Assembly (NCBI GenBank): GCA_965203485.1
Contig: OZ241892.1
Location: 1,024,001-1,088,000, forward strand
Direction: 5' to 3'
Source: Longimicrobiales bacterium
GTDB lineage: Bacteria > Gemmatimonadota > Gemmatimonadetes > Longimicrobiales > Gaopeijiaceae
Length of the DNA: 64,000 bases
Made by a program: the position numbers and the translations under genes. Shown here one piece after another: positions 38,281 to 53,200 of the stretch (position 1 is the first letter of the stretch; every line of letters starts with the position of its first letter). The notes under the pieces are model-generated. The model did no database searches, was not told where the DNA came from, and worked only from the letters and a program-made list of their open reading frames with translations.

Positions 38281-41200
38281 ATGCCGGTAGCCAGAACCGC
38301 GCTCGCGGCGCTCGGCCTGCTGGCGGCGGTTGGGACTACGGCGCCGTCGTCGCTGAGCGCGCAAACAGTAACGGTGGACAGTTTGAGGATGGCCAGCTCG
38401 GCGGGTAATGACAGCACGTACGCGCGGGGCGACACCATAGACGTGAGGGTGTACTTCAGCAGCAACACAGACGTCAACAGCCTCCCGGCGCGGCTTTACC
38501 TGGAGATCGGGACGGAGACCCGGACAGCCACTTGGACCGGCCCCTCGAATCCCTGCGATTGCGGGTCCGGCGGGGCTACTTGGTTCGGGTTTCTGTACGT
38601 TGTGCAGGCGGGGGACTACGACGCGAACGGGATCACTACCACGTCGTTGTCGAATCGGGACATAACCGCTGCAAACGGCAGCTCAATCAGCAACACGGCC
38701 TTGACCGGCATCGCAATCACGAACGCGGCGGCCCACAAGGTGGACGGCGCGCTGGGGTATCCGAAGGTGACGGGGGTGACGATATCCAGCAGCGCGGGCG
38801 CCGACAACACGTACAATGTTGACGACACGATAGCGGTGACGGTGGCGTTCGACTCGACCGTGGCGGTGACGGGCACGCCGCAGCTGGCGCTGGGGATCGG
38901 GAGCGCGACGAAGCAGGCGAACTACGCGAGCGGGACGAGCACGGCGTCGCTGGTGTTCCGGTACGTGGTGGTGGCGGGGGACTTGGACACGGACGGGATC
39001 AGCATCGGCGCGAGCGCGCTGTCGCTGAACGGCGGCACGATCAGGCTCGGCACGAAGGACGCGGTCCTCCAGAGCCTGAGCAGCCACGCGATCACGAACG
39101 CCGCGGCGCACAAGGTGGACACCCCGCCGGGGGTGACGGACGTCGTGTTCCCGAACTCTCCGGCAGAGGGGGATTCGCTTTGGCGCAGGCTCGAACATAT
39201 GCGAGTTTCGGTCCATTTCAGCAAGTTGGTTTGGGTGACGGGCTCGCCGCGGCTGGCCCTGACGATCGGCGCGAACACCCGGCAGGCGAGCTACGAGTTG
39301 GGCAGCGGATCGGATTCGCTGGTGTTCCGCTACCGGATCGAGGACACGGACGAGGACACGGACGGCGTGAGCATTGGGGCGAGCGCGCTGACGCTGAACA
39401 GCGGGACGATCAAGGCCTCGAGCGACTCGACGGACGCCGCCTTGTCGCTTGGCTCGCACGCCGTCAGCAACGCCGCGGCCCACAAGGTGGACGGCATCAC
39501 GCGCTTCGCTGGCCCAGTGTCTTTTGAGGACAACCCGGGTGCTGATTCGACGTTCGGCTTCGGCGACCGAATCAGGATAGTGATCTACTTCAACAACTTG
39601 ATCAACCCGCCTGGGGGAGGTTCTGTAACGCTTAACGTCCAGATCGGCACGAGGACGGTACCCTTCGCTTATACTGGCGTCGGCCCGAATCTTCTGTCGT
39701 TCACGCACTACGTTACGACCGACGACATCGACGCGGATGGCCTAAGCCTTCCCGAGAACGCGTTGAGCGGCAGCGTAAGTGGTGGGGGCAGGGCTGCGTT
39801 CACCGGGCTTCGTGGGCGTGCCATCACGAACGACCCCACCTTGAAGGTCAATGGCCTGCTGGGCTTGCCGGACGTTCAGCGGGCGTCGATCACCAGCAAC
39901 GCGGGCACGGACAGCACGTACGTGCGGGGCGACGTGATCGAGATCGGGGTGGTCTTCGACGAGAACGTGACGGTGACGGGCACGCCGTCGCTGGCGTTGA
40001 CGATCGGCGCGAACACGCGGCAGGCGAGATACATCTCCGGCAGCGGGGGGGATTCGCTGACGTTCCGCTACGCCACGCGGACGACGGACGCGGACGCCAA
40101 CGGGATCAGCTATTCGGCGAACGCGCTGGCTCTGAACGGGGGGACGATCAAGGGGCGGGTCGTGTATGGGGACAGCACGCGAAACGCGCACCTGGACTTG
40201 AAGACCCACGTCGTCGCCAACGGGGCGGCGCACAAGGTGGACGGTTCGCAGGGGCCGCCGGTGGTGGCGGGCGTGGCGATCGCGAGCGACGCGGGGGCGG
40301 ACAACGCCTACGTGGTGGATGACACGATCGAGGTCGGCGTGGTGTTCGTCGAGAACGTGGACGTGACGGGCACGCCGCAGCTGGCGCTGACGATCGGTTC
40401 GCGGACGGGACAGGCGAGCTACGCGTCGGGGACGGGCGGCGATTCGCTGACGTTCCGCTACGTGGCGGTGGCGGGAGACGTCGACACGGACGGGCTGAGC
40501 ATTGGCGAGAGCGCGCTGACGCTGAACGGCGGGACGATCAGGCGGGCGGGCAGCGCGACGGTGGACGCGAACTTGGGGTTGAGCATCTACGCAGTGACGA
40601 ACGCGGCGGCGCACAAGGTGTTGGCCGTGCAGGGGTTGCCGCACGTGACGGGCACGGCGATCGCGAGCGATCCGGGCACGGACAGCATCTACGCGGCGGG
40701 CGACACGATCGAGGTAGCCGTGGTGTTCAACGAGAACGTGAACGTGACGGGGACGCCGCAGGTGGCGTTGGAGATCGGCGCGGCGACGCGGCAGGCGAAC
40801 TACGTTTTGGGTACGGGCGGGGATTCGCTGACGTTCCGCTACGTCACGGTGGCGGCGGACACGGACACGACCGGGATCAGCTATTCGGCGGACGCGCTGA
40901 CGCTGAACGGCGGGACGATCAGGCGGGTGGCCACGACGCTGGACGCGGTCGTCAGCTTGCTGACCCACGTGATCACGAACGCTGCGGCGCACAAGGTGCT
41001 TCCCACGAGCAACAAGGTGACAGGGTTGTCGGTCAACTCGGCGGGCACGGACTCGACGTTCGTCAGAGGCGACACGATGAAGGTGACGCTGGCTTTCAGG
41101 GAGACGACGGTCGTGACGGGCACGCCGCGGATCAGGATGTGGCTTGGGGCGGTGAGCCGGTGGGCGACCTACCACTCTGGGTCGGGCACGAGCGAGTTGG

Positions 41201-44200
41201 AGTTCCGCTACGTGGTGGAGGCGGGGATCGACGACGGAAACGGTGTTGGGATACTCGCCGACGCCGTCGACCTGAACGGCGGTATGGTCAGGGCCGCCAA
41301 CCAGGTCGACGTGAGTGTATGGATAGCGTCATCGTTGACGATAGTGGACGGCCCGGCATGGAAGGTGGCGGGTTCGGCGCGCATAACGAGCGCTTCGGTG
41401 GGGCGGCCGCCGACGGGCAACGTGTTCGAGCGGGGCGACACGATCGTGGTGACGATGGTCTACTCGGACTCGGTGGACGTGACGGGCGTGCCGACGGCGT
41501 GGCTGAACTTCGCGTCGGCTTCGCACAATCCGGCGCTGTACGTGTCGGGCACGGGCACGGACACTCTGAAGTTCCGCTACGTGGTGCAGGCGGCGGACTC
41601 CGACCCCGACGGCCTGAGCCTCTACGGCAACGCGATTCAGTTGACGGGGGGCTCGACGATCAGAGAGGCGGGCACCGCCACGAACGCGTTCCACCACACG
41701 CCCTGGCCTTATCTGGGCCAGAACGCGCTCACGAACAGCGCGGACCACATAGTGGCGGGCGCGGAGCGCATCACGAGCGTTTCGCTGGGGCCGCCGCCGG
41801 TGGGCGACACGTTCGAGCGCGGCGACACGATCAAGGTGATCGTCGTCTACAGCGGTTCGGTGGACGTGACGGGCGTGCCGACGGTGTGGATGAACATCGG
41901 GACGAACAACTACGCGGGGGCGACGTACGCTTCGGGCACGGGCACGGACACTTTGGAGTTCCACCGCGTGGTGGAGGCGACGGACGTGGACGGCGACGGC
42001 ATCAGCATCGGCGGCAACGCGTTGCAGCTGACGGGAACCCCGGCCTCGACGATCACGGATGCGGGCACCAACGTGGCCGTGCTTGGCGGAACGCCCTGGG
42101 GGACGGCGTCGAACGCGATCACGAACAGCGGGGGTCACAAGGTGCAGGGCGGGACGTTCACGGCGGCGGCGGTGAGCGGGGTGGCGGTCACGAGTAGCCC
42201 GTCGAGCGGGGACACGTACGAGCTGGGCGAGCGGATCGAGGTCGGGGTGTCGTTCAACCGCGGCGTGGCAGTGACGGGGACGCCGCAGTTGGCGCTTGAG
42301 ATCGGGAGCGACACGGTGCAGGCGTCCTACGCGAGCGGGAGCGGCACGAAGACGCTGGCGTTCCGGTACACGGTGACGGCTGCGGACGCGGACGCGAACG
42401 GGATCAGCATCGGCGCGAGCGCTTTGGCTCTGAACGGCGGGACGATTGGCGACGGTCGGGACACTACGGTGGCGGCGAGCCTGGGTCTGGGTTCGAACGC
42501 GATTGCGGACGCGACCGCGCACAAGGTGGACGGCGCGCAGGGGCCGCCGGGCGTGGCGGGGTTGTCGATCGGTTCGCCGCAGGTGGGCGACACGTTCGAG
42601 CGCGGCGAGACGATCGAGGTGTCGGTGGCGTTCAACAAGTCGGTGGACGTGACGGGCACGCCGCAGCTCGCGCTGACGATCGGGAGCGCGACGAAGCAGG
42701 CGGGCTACGCTGCGGGCACGGGCACGGACACGCTGGTGTTCCGGTACGTGGTGGTGACGGCGGACGTGGACGCGGACGGATTGAGCATCGGGTCGAGCGC
42801 TTTGGCGCTGAACGGCGGGACGATCCGTGTGGCGGGCGGGACGACGGACGCGGTGCTGGGGCTGGGCGCGCACGCGGTGACGAACAGCACGGGCCACAAG
42901 GTGGCGGGCGGCACGTTCACGGCGTCGGCGCCGAGCGGCGTGACGATCACGAGCGCGCCGTCGAGCGACAGCACATACGGTCGGACGGAGCGGATCGAGG
43001 TCGAGGTGACGTTTACGCGTCCGGTGGACGTGACGGGGACGCCGCAGCTGGCGCTGACGATCGATACGCTGACGCGGCAGGCGTCGTACGCGAGCGGGAG
43101 CGGCACGGCGACGCTGGTGTTCCGCTACACGGTGGTTGCGGCGGACGCGGACTCGACGGGGATCAGCATCGGCGCGACTGCGCTGGCGCTGAACGGCGGT
43201 ACGATCGCCGACGCTCGGGACGGTTCGACGGCGGCGGGCCTGGGGTTGGGATCGGCCGCGATAGCGAACGATGCGGCGCACAAGGTGGACGGGAACTTGG
43301 GACCGCCGAGCGTGACCGGCGTGTCGTTCGAGTACGAGCCGCACAACGGGACTTACGAGCGTGGCGAGCAGATCGGGGTCCGCGTCCAGTTCCATCGCGC
43401 GGTGGACGTGACGGGGACGCCGCGGCTGGCGCTGACGATTGGAAGCGCGACGCGGCAGGCGAGCTACGTGAATGGGACGGGCACGACGACGCTCCTGTTC
43501 CGCTACACGGTGGTGCAGTCGGACGACGACGGGAACGGGATCAGCATCGGCGCGAGCGCGCTGACGCTGAACGGCGGCACGATCCGGCTTTCGGGCGCGA
43601 TGGTGGACGCGCTTCTGGATTTGGGTTCGCACGCGGTCGCGAACGACGGCTTCCAAAGGGTGGACGGTTCGCAGTTCACGACGCCGTACGCGGTCGGCAT
43701 GGCCGTCCGCAGCTCGCCGGCGAGCGCGAGCACATACCAGCTGGCCGAGCGGATCGATGTGCTGGTGACGTTTTCGACCCCGGTGACGGTGACGGGCACG
43801 CCCCGGGTGGCGTTGGGGATCGGGAGCGCGACGCGGCATGCGGAGTACGCGAGGGGCACGGGCACGCGGGACGTGTGGTTCCACTACACGGTAGCGGCGA
43901 CGGATGTGGACGCGGACGGGATCAGCATTGGCGGGAGCGCGCTGGCGCTGAACGGCGGCACGATCAACGACGCGCGGGCGGGCGGGTCGGCGGCGTTGCT
44001 GACCTTGGCGGGCGAAGCGTTCAGCAACGACGGGGACCACAAGGTGAACGGCGGCCTGGGCGCGCCGAGCGTGGTCGGCGTGTCGATCGGCGATGCGCCG
44101 GCGGACAGCACGTTCGAGTTGAGCGACGTGATGGTCGTGACGGTGGAGTTCAACGCGGCGGTGACGGTGGCGCCCACGACGGGCGCAAGCAGGCCGCGTG

Positions 44201-47200
44201 TGCGTGTCGGGGTCGGGTCGGGCTTGAAGAACGCGTTTTACGCGAGGGGTTCGGGTACGACGGCGTTGGAGTTCGAGTACACGGTGTTCCAGGCGGACGC
44301 GGACGCGGACGGGATCAGCATCGGGGCGAGCGCACTGGAGACCCCGTCCGGGAGCACGATTCGGCGGATGGGGACGACGACGGACGCGGTGTTGGGCCTG
44401 GGCGTTCACGCGATAACGAACAGCGCGGCGCACAAGGTGGCGGGCAACACGCGGACGGCGCCTGTGGTGAAGGGGTTGAGGGTCACGAGCAGTCCTGTGG
44501 TTGGGGACACGTACTTGGCGGGCGAGGCGATCGAGGTGGAGGTGGCGTTCGTGCGGGGGGTGTACGTGGCGGGCACGCCGCGTCTGGCTTTGGAGGTCGG
44601 CGACTCGACGCGGCAGGCGGAGTACAACCGCAGGGACGCGACGTTCACGCGGGTGACGTTCCGGTACGTGGTGCAGGCGACGGACATGGACGCGGACGGG
44701 ATCAGCGTGGGCGCGGGCGCTTTGGCGGCGAGCGCGTCGGACACGATCGCGGACGGTCGGTTGTGGTCGGACGCGGCGGACTTGGCGTTGGGGTCGCACG
44801 TGTTCACGAATGCTGGGGCGCACAAGGTTTCGGGCGCCGTTCCGTACGTGACGAGCGTGTTCTTCGTGTCGGCGTCGAACACGGGGATTTCGTACGCGAG
44901 CACGGACAGCGTGTTCGGACTTGGGGACGAGATACGTGTGGGGGTGGGGTTCAGCGCGGGGGTGACGGTGGCGGGGACGCCGCGCCTGGCTTTGGGGATC
45001 GGTTCGCAGACGCGGAGCGCTGCGCAGTGCGACGCGGTAACGAGCGGCAACATCGTGGTGTTCTGCTACACGGTGGTTGCGGCGGACGCGGACACGACGG
45101 GAATCAGCATCGGAGCGAACGCTTTGACGTTGCCGGGCGGCGCGACGATTCGAGCGGCGGGGGCGGCGACGGACGCTCGGCTGTCGTTGGCGCAGTGGAG
45201 CTTCGCGGACGCGGTGGAGTACCAGGTGGACGGGACGAAGGAGGTGGCGCCTGGCGTGGCGGGGGTGGCGATCACGAGCGCGCCGGCGAGCGACAGCACG
45301 TACGGACGCACGGAGGCGATCGAGGTGGAGGTGGAGTTCGAGCGTGCGGTGGCGGTGACGGGCACGCCGCAGCTGGCGCTGGGGATCGACACGCTGACGC
45401 GTCAGGCGGGCTACGCGAGCGGGAGCGGTACGCGGACGCTGGTGTTCCGTTACGTGGTGGCGGCGGCTGACGCGGACACGAGCGGGATCAGCGTCGCAGC
45501 GAGCGCGTTGGCGTTGAACGGCGGCACGATTGTGCTTTCGGGCGGCACGGCGGCGGCGGCGTTGGGTTTGGGCAGCCATGCGGTCGCGAACGCTCGTTCG
45601 CACAAGGTGGACGGGAGCCTGGGATCGCCGGGCGTGACGGGGTTGTCGATCGGTTCGCCTGCGGTGGGCGACGTGTTCGAGCGCGGCGAGACGATCGAGG
45701 TGTCGGTGGTGTTCCACCGCGCGGTGGACGTGGGGGGCACGCCGCAACTGGCGCTGGGCATCGGGAGCGCGACCAGGCAGGCGGAGTACGCGAGCGGGAC
45801 GGGGACGGACACGCTGGTGTTCGGGTACGTGGTGGCGGTCGGCGACGCTGACGCGGACGGGTTGAGCATTGCGGCGGGCGCGTTGACGTTGAACGGCGGG
45901 ACGATCCGGCTGGCCGGCGGGACGCTGGACGCAGTGTTGGACTTGGGGTCGCACGCGGTTGCGAACAGCGCGGGGCACAAGGTGACGGGCGCGTTCGTGG
46001 CGTCGGCGGTGAGCGGCGTGACGGTGTCGAGCGCGCCAGCGAGCGCGAGCACGTACGAGCTGGGCGAGTCTATCGAGGTGAAGGTGGCGTTCACGCGCGA
46101 CGTGGCGGTGACGGGGACGCCGCGACTGGCCTTGGGGATCGGTACGGTCACGCGCCAAGCGGACTACGATTCGGGTTCGAGCAGTGCGGACACGCTGGTG
46201 TTCGGGTACGCGGTCCGGCCTGCGGACGCGGACGCGGACGGATTGAGCATTGCGGCGGGCGCGCTGGGGTTGAACGGCGGTACGATCGACGACGCTCGTC
46301 CGGGCATCGGCGCTGCGAGCCTGGATTTGGGGTCGAACGCGATAGCGAACGCTGCGGCGCACAAGGTGAACGGCGGGTTGGGCCCGCCTGGGGTGACGGG
46401 GTTGGCGGTGGCGCCGCCGCCGGCGGGCGCGGTGTTCGAGCGCGGCGACACGATTGTTGCGACGGTGCGGTTCAACAAGGCGGTGGACGTGACGGGCACG
46501 CCGCAGCTGGCGCTGGGGATCGGGGCGCAGACGCGGCAGGCGGCGTATGCGAGCGGGACGGGCACGGCGGCGCTGGTGTTCCGGTACGTGGTGGCGACGG
46601 CGGACGTGGACGTGGACGGGTTGAGCGTTGGCGCGAGCGCACTGGCGCTGAACAGCGGCACGATCGACGTGTCGGGCGGGACGACGGACGCGTTGCTGAG
46701 CTTGGAGCGCCATGCGTTCGAGAACTTCCTGGTGGTGAACGGCGGGCTGTTCACGGCGTCGTCGGCGAGCGGCGTGTCGATATCGAGCAGTCCAGCGAGC
46801 GACAGCACGTACGGTCGCACGGAGCGGATCGAGGTCGAGGTGACGTTCGCCCGCGCGGTGACGGTGACGGGCACGCCGCAGCTGGCGTTGACGATCGGCG
46901 ACTCGACGCGCCAGGCGAGCTACGCGAGCGGGAGCGGCACGAAGACGCTGGCGTTCGGCTACGTGGTGGTGGCTGCGGACGCGGACGCGAACGGTTTGAG
47001 CATCGGGCCGGCCGCGCTGGCGTTGAACGGCGGTGCGATCGACGACGCGCGCGACGCGAGCGAGGCTGCGGGCCTGGGTCTGGGGAGCCATGCGATATCG
47101 AACGCTTTGGCGCACAAGGTGAACGGGAGCCTGGGCCCGCCCGGCGTGACGGGCGTGACGCTCGGCTCGCCGCCGGTGGGCACGACGTTCGAGCGGGGCG

Positions 47201-50200
47201 ACACGATCGTGGCGACGCTGGCGTTCAACCGGGCGGTGGCGGTGACGGGCGCGCCGCAGCTGGCGCTGGGGATCGGGAGCGCGACGAAGCAGGCGGTCTA
47301 CGCGAGCGGGAGCGGCACGTCGTCGCTCGAGTTCCGGTACGTGGTGGTGACGGCGGACGTGGACGCCGACGGGTTGAGCGTCGCGACGACGGCGCTGGGA
47401 TTGAACGGCGGTACGGTTCGGCTGGCGGGCGGGACGCTGGACGCGACGCTGGGGTTGGGCACGCACGCGATATCGAACAGCGCGGGCCACAAGGTTGCGG
47501 GCGGGACGTTCACGGCGTCGGGCGTGACGGGGGTGGCGGTCGCGAGCAGTCCTGCGAGCGGCGCGACGTACGGGTTGGGCGAGCGGATCGAGGTTCGGGT
47601 GACGTTTGCGCGCGCTGTGGCGGTGACGGGCACGCCGCAGCTGGCGCTGTCGTTCGGCGCTGCGACGCGGCAGGCGGACTACGCGGGCGGCACGGGCACG
47701 CCGCAGCTGGCGTTCGGCTACGTGGTCGTCGCGGGCGACGCCGACTCCGACGGGCTCAGCATCGGCGCGAGCGCTTTGGCGCTGAACGGCGGCGGGATCG
47801 CGGACGGTCGCGACGGTTCGACGGCGGCGGCGCTGGGCCTGGGTTCGAGCGCGGTCACGGACGCTGGGGGCCACCGCGTGGACGCGACGCGCGGCCCGCC
47901 GGGGGTGATGGGCGTGACGATCGGGTCGCCGCAGGTGGGCGACACGTTCGAGCGCGGCGACACGGTCGAGGTCGAGGTCGAGTTCAACAAGCCGGTGGCG
48001 GTGACGGGCGCGCCGCAGCTGGCGCTGGGCATCGGCGCGGCGACGAAGCAGGCGGGCTACGCGGGCGGGAGCGGGACGGCTGCGCTGGCGTTCCGGTACG
48101 TGGTCGTGTCCGCCGACGCGGACGCCGACGGGCTCAGCGTCGCGGCGGGCGCTTTGGCGCTGAACGGCGGGACGATCAAGGTGTCGGGCGGCACGGCCGA
48201 CGCTTTGCTGGGCCTGGGCGCGCACGCGGTGGCGAACAGCGGGGGCCACAAGGTTGCGGGCGGGACGTTCACGGCGTCGTCGCCGAGCGCGGCGTCGGTG
48301 ACGAGCGCGCCGGCGAGCGGCGACACGTACGGGTTGGGCGAGCGCATCGAGGTACGGGTGACGTTCGCTCGCCCGGTCGTCGTGACGGGCGCGCCGCAGC
48401 TGGCGCTGGGCATCGGCGCGGCGACGAAGCAGGCGGGCTACGCGGGCGGCAGCGGGACGCGCGCGCTGGTGTTCGGCTACGTGGTCGCGTCTGCGGACGC
48501 GGACGCCGACGGGATCAGCGTGGGCGCGAGCGCGCTGTCGTTGAACGGCGGCGCGATAGCCGACGCGCGCGACGGGTCGACGGCTGCCGGGCTGGGCCTG
48601 GGCTCGAGCGCGATTGCGAACGCTGGCGCGCACAAGGTGGACGGCAGCGTCGAGGGCGCGCCGGCGGTTGCGGGCGCTCGGCTGGCGAGCGCGCCGTCGG
48701 GCGGCGGGTCGTACGGACTGGGCGAGGAGATACGGGTGGCGGTGCGCTTCGACCGCGCGGTGGCGGTGACGGGCACGCCCGAGCTGGCGCTGGGCATCGG
48801 CGCCGCGACGCGGCAGGCGGGCTACGCGAGCGGGAGCGGCACGTCCGAGCTCGAGTTCGCGTACGTGGTTCAGGCGGCGGACGCCGACAGGGACGGGATC
48901 AGCGTTGGCGCGGGCGCGTTGTCGCTGAGCGGCGGGACGCTGGTGGTCGCGGGCGGCACGGCGGCGGCGGTTCTGTCGCTGGGGAGCCACGCGATAGTGA
49001 ACGCGAGCGGCCACGCCGTCGCCGGCACGCTCGAGGCGGCGCCGGTCGTGACGGGCGCGCGGCTGGTATCGTCGCCTGCGAACGGGAGCGCTTACGGGTT
49101 GAGCGAGCGGATCGCCGTCGCGCTGGCGTTCAGCCGTCCGGTCGACGTTGCGGGCGCGCCGCAGCTGGCGCTGGGCATCGGGAGCGCGACGCGGCAGGCG
49201 GGCTACGCGAGCGGGAGCGGCACGGCCGAGCTGGTGTTCGGCTACGTCGTCGCGGGCGGCGACGCCGACGCCGACGGCGTGAGCGTCGCGGCGGGCGCGC
49301 TGGCCTTGAACGGCGGGACGATCGTGATCGCGGGCGGGCGCGTGGCGGCGGTGCTGTCGCTGGGCACGCACGCGCTGTCGAACGTCGCGGGCCACCTGGT
49401 GGACGGGAGCGTCGAGACGGCGCCTGCCGTGGCGGGCGTGACGCTGGCGAGCGCGCCGATCGGCGGCGGCCGCTACGAGCTGGGCGAGGAGATCCGCGTG
49501 CACGTGCGCTTCGACCGCGCCGTCGCCGTGACGGGCTCGCCGCAGCTGGCGCTGACGATCGGCGCGCAGACGCGCACGGCGCGCTTCGTGCGCGTCGTCG
49601 GCTACGGCGCCGCCGCGCGCGCGGGCTGGGCCGGCGTCGCGGCGGGCTATGCAGGCGCGGGCTGGGCCGGCGGGTCGGCGGGCGGCGCAGGCGGTTCCGC
49701 CGGCGCGTTGGGCGCGACGCAGGGCGCGGCGCTCGAGTTCGCGTACGCCGTTCAGGCGTCGGACGCCGACGCGGACGGGATCAGCGTGGGCGCGGGCGCG
49801 CTGTCGCTGAACGGCGGCGCGATCACGCTGCTGGGCGGCACGGCGGCGGCTGGACTGTCGCTGGGCGGCCACGCGCTGACGAACGTCGGCGGCCACTTGG
49901 TGGACGGCAGCGTCGTGTCGCCGCCTGCGGTCGCGGGCGTCGAGGCGAGCCGTCCGCCGTCGGGCGGCCGGTGGCGCGCCGGCCAGACGATCGAGATCGC
50001 CGTCGTGTTCGACCGGCCGGTGAGCGTGACGGGCGGCCCGCGCTTGGCGCTGGCGATGGGCACGCGCACGGTGCACGCCGCGCTGGCGTCGGCGAGCGGG
50101 CGGCGCGTCGAGTTCGCGTACGAGGTGCGTCCTCACGACCGCGCGCCGAACGGGATCGCGCTGGCCGCCGGCGCGCTGGACGCGAGCGGCGCGGCGATCG

Positions 50201-53200
50201 TGTCGGCCGCCGACGGTTCGACGCCGGCCGCGCTGTCGCTGGGCAGCCATGCGTTCGCAAGCGATCCGACGCGCAGGGTCGAGGGCGGCGGCGGCGAGCC
50301 GGAGCCTGGGCGGCCGCCGAAGTTCTCGGCCGAGTCGTACGCGTTCGAGCTGGCCGAGAACGTCGCGGGCGCCGTCGTCGTGGGCGCCGTGAGCGCCGTG
50401 GACCCGGACGAGGGCGACGAGGTGCGCTACCGGCTGCGCGAGGGCGGCGGCGGGCTGTTCGAGGTGGACGAGACGAGCGGCGAGGTCAGCTACGTCGGCG
50501 CGGGCGAGGACTACGAGGCCGGCCCGCGCGAGCACGCGCTCGTCGTGTCGGCCGCCGACGTCGGCGGCCTGGCGTCGACCGTCCGCGTGACGGTGAAGGT
50601 GACGAACGCGAACGAGGCGCCGGCGTTCGAGCGGGCGAGCTGGACGTTCGAGCTGGCCGAGAACGCGGCCGGGCCCATAGTGCTGGGCACGGTCAGCGCG
50701 ACCGACCCGGACGAGGGCGAGGCGCTGTCGTACAGCCTGGTCTCGGGCGGCGGCGGGCTGTTCGAGCTGGACGCTGCGAGCGGCGCCGTGCGCTACGTCG
50801 GCGCCGGCGAAGACTACGAGACGGGCCCGCGCGAGCACGCGCTGGCCGTCGCCGTCGCCGACGCGGGCGGGCTGCGCGCGGCGGCCGGCGTCGTGATAGC
50901 CGTCGCCGACGCCGACGAGGCGCCCGTGTTCGAGCGGGCGAGCTGGACGTTCGAGCTGGCCGAGAACGCGGCCGGGCCCATAGTGCTGGGCACGGTCAGC
51001 GCGACCGACCCGGACGAGGGCGAGGCGCTGTCGTACAGCCTGGTCTCGGGCGGCGGCGGCCTGTTCGAGCTGGACGCTGCGAGCGGCGCGATCAGCTACG
51101 TGGGCGCCGGCGAGGACTACGAGACGGGCCCGCGCGAGCACGCGCTCGTCGTCGCCGCGACGGGCGCCGACGGCCTCGCCGCGCGGGCGGCCGTCGTCGT
51201 CGCCGTCGCCGACGTGAACGAGGCGCCCGTGTTCGAGCAGGCGAGCTGGACGTTCGAGCTGGCCGAGAACGCGGCCGGCCCGCTCGCCGTCGGCGCCGTC
51301 GCCGCCGCCGACGAGGACGAGGGCGACGTGCTGTCGTACAGCCTGGTCTCGGGCGGCGGCGGCCTGTTCGAGCTGGACGCTGCGAGCGGCGCCGTGCGCT
51401 ACGTCGGCGCCGGCGAGGACTACGAGACGGGTCCGCGCGAGCACGCGCTCGTCGTCGCCGCGACGGACAGGGGCGGCCTGGCGGCGACGGCGAACGCGAC
51501 CGTCGTCGTGACCGACGTCAACGAGGCGCCCGAAGCGACCGCGCAGATCGCCGTGGCGGCGCTCGACGCGCACGGCGCGGCCGTGCAGGAGACGCTGGAC
51601 GCGTACTTCCGGGACCCGGACGGCGACGCGCTCGCGTACGCCGCCGAGTCGTCCGACACGGCGGTGGCGGCGGCGAGCGTTGCGGGCGGCGTGCTGACCA
51701 TCCAGCCGTTCGCTATCGGCACGGCGAGCGTGACCGTGACGGCGACCGATCCCGGCGGGCTGGCCGCCGAGCAGACCGTCGCCGTCGTCGTCGAGGCGTC
51801 GCGCTCCGAGCGAGCGCGCGTGCTCGAGGGCGCGCTGGCCGCGTTCGGGCGCTCGCTCGGCGCCGAGGCCGTCGACGTGATCGGCGGCCGGCTCGGGCTC
51901 GAGTCGGCCGGCGGACTCGGACGCTCGCACCTCCAGCTCGGCGGACGCTCGATCGCCTGCGGCGACGGCGCCGGAGCGGGTGCAGGCGACGGGTGCGGCT
52001 GGCGGGCGCTGGCGCGCACGGCGTCCGGCCTGCTCGGCGTCCAAGTCGCGTTGCCGACCGTCGGCGGTCCGGGCGGCGCGCAGTCCCCCGGCGCGCTCAA
52101 TCCGGCCGCGCTGCTGCTCGGCGGCCCGGACGCGGGCGCTGGCGCGCACGGCGGATTCGGCGTGCAGGCAGGCGGCGGCCTCGGCATGGGCGGCGACTAC
52201 CGGGGCCAGCAGGAGCCGGCGGCGGCCACGCCGGGCGGCGTGACGTTCAATCCGCTGTCGGGCGGCGACCTGCTCGAGCGCAGCTCGTTCCAGCTCTCGC
52301 TCGGCGGCGGCGCGGCCAGCGACTCGGGCGCGTTCGGCGCGCAGGACGCCGCCGGCCTGCGTCCCGGCTGGACCGTCTGGGGCCGCGCGGGCATGGGCGG
52401 CTACGAGGGCCGCCCGGCCGACGGCCTGCACTTCGACGGCGGGCGCGCGCGCTCGGCGCACCTCGGCGCCGACTACCGCTTCGCGTCCGGCCTGCTCGTC
52501 GGCGTCGCCGGCGCGCGCAGCAGCTTCGAGACCGAGTTCGAGAGCGCCGTCAACGGCGCGGGCTCCGTCGCCGCGAGCCTGACCAGCGTGCATCCCTACG
52601 TGCACTGGTCGCCCACCGGCGGGCTCGGCCTCTGGGCCCTCGCAGGCGCCGGAACCGGCGACGCGACGCTCGACGAAGCCGCCGGCGGCCGGTTCGGCGC
52701 CGACATCGCGATGCTGATGGGCGCGCTCGGCGCGCGCCGCGAGCTGGCGGGCGGCATCGCGCTCAAGGCCGACGCGTTCTCCGTGCGCGTCCGCTCCGAC
52801 GACGCGGCCGACCTGGCAGGCGTGACCGCGCGCGCGCACCGCGTCCGGCTCGCGCCCGAAGTCGCGAAGACCTGGGCGCTCGGCGGCGAAGCGTCGCTGC
52901 GCACGCGGCTCGAGCTCGGTGCGCGCCTCGACGCCGGCGACGCCGAGACCGGCCTCGGCGCCGAGGCCGGCGGCGAAGCGTCGTTCGACCACGCGCCCAC
53001 CGGCCTGTCCGTCGCGATGCGCGGGCGCGCGCTGCTCGCGCACCAGGCCGAGGGGTTGCGCGAATGGGGCGCCGGCGTCTCGCTCCGGCTCCAGCCCGGC
53101 GGGACCGCCGAGACCGGCCTCTCGCTCTCCGTCGAGCCGGCATGGGGTGCCGCCACCGGCGCCACCGGCGAACTCTGGCGCCAAGGCCCCGCCGCCATCG

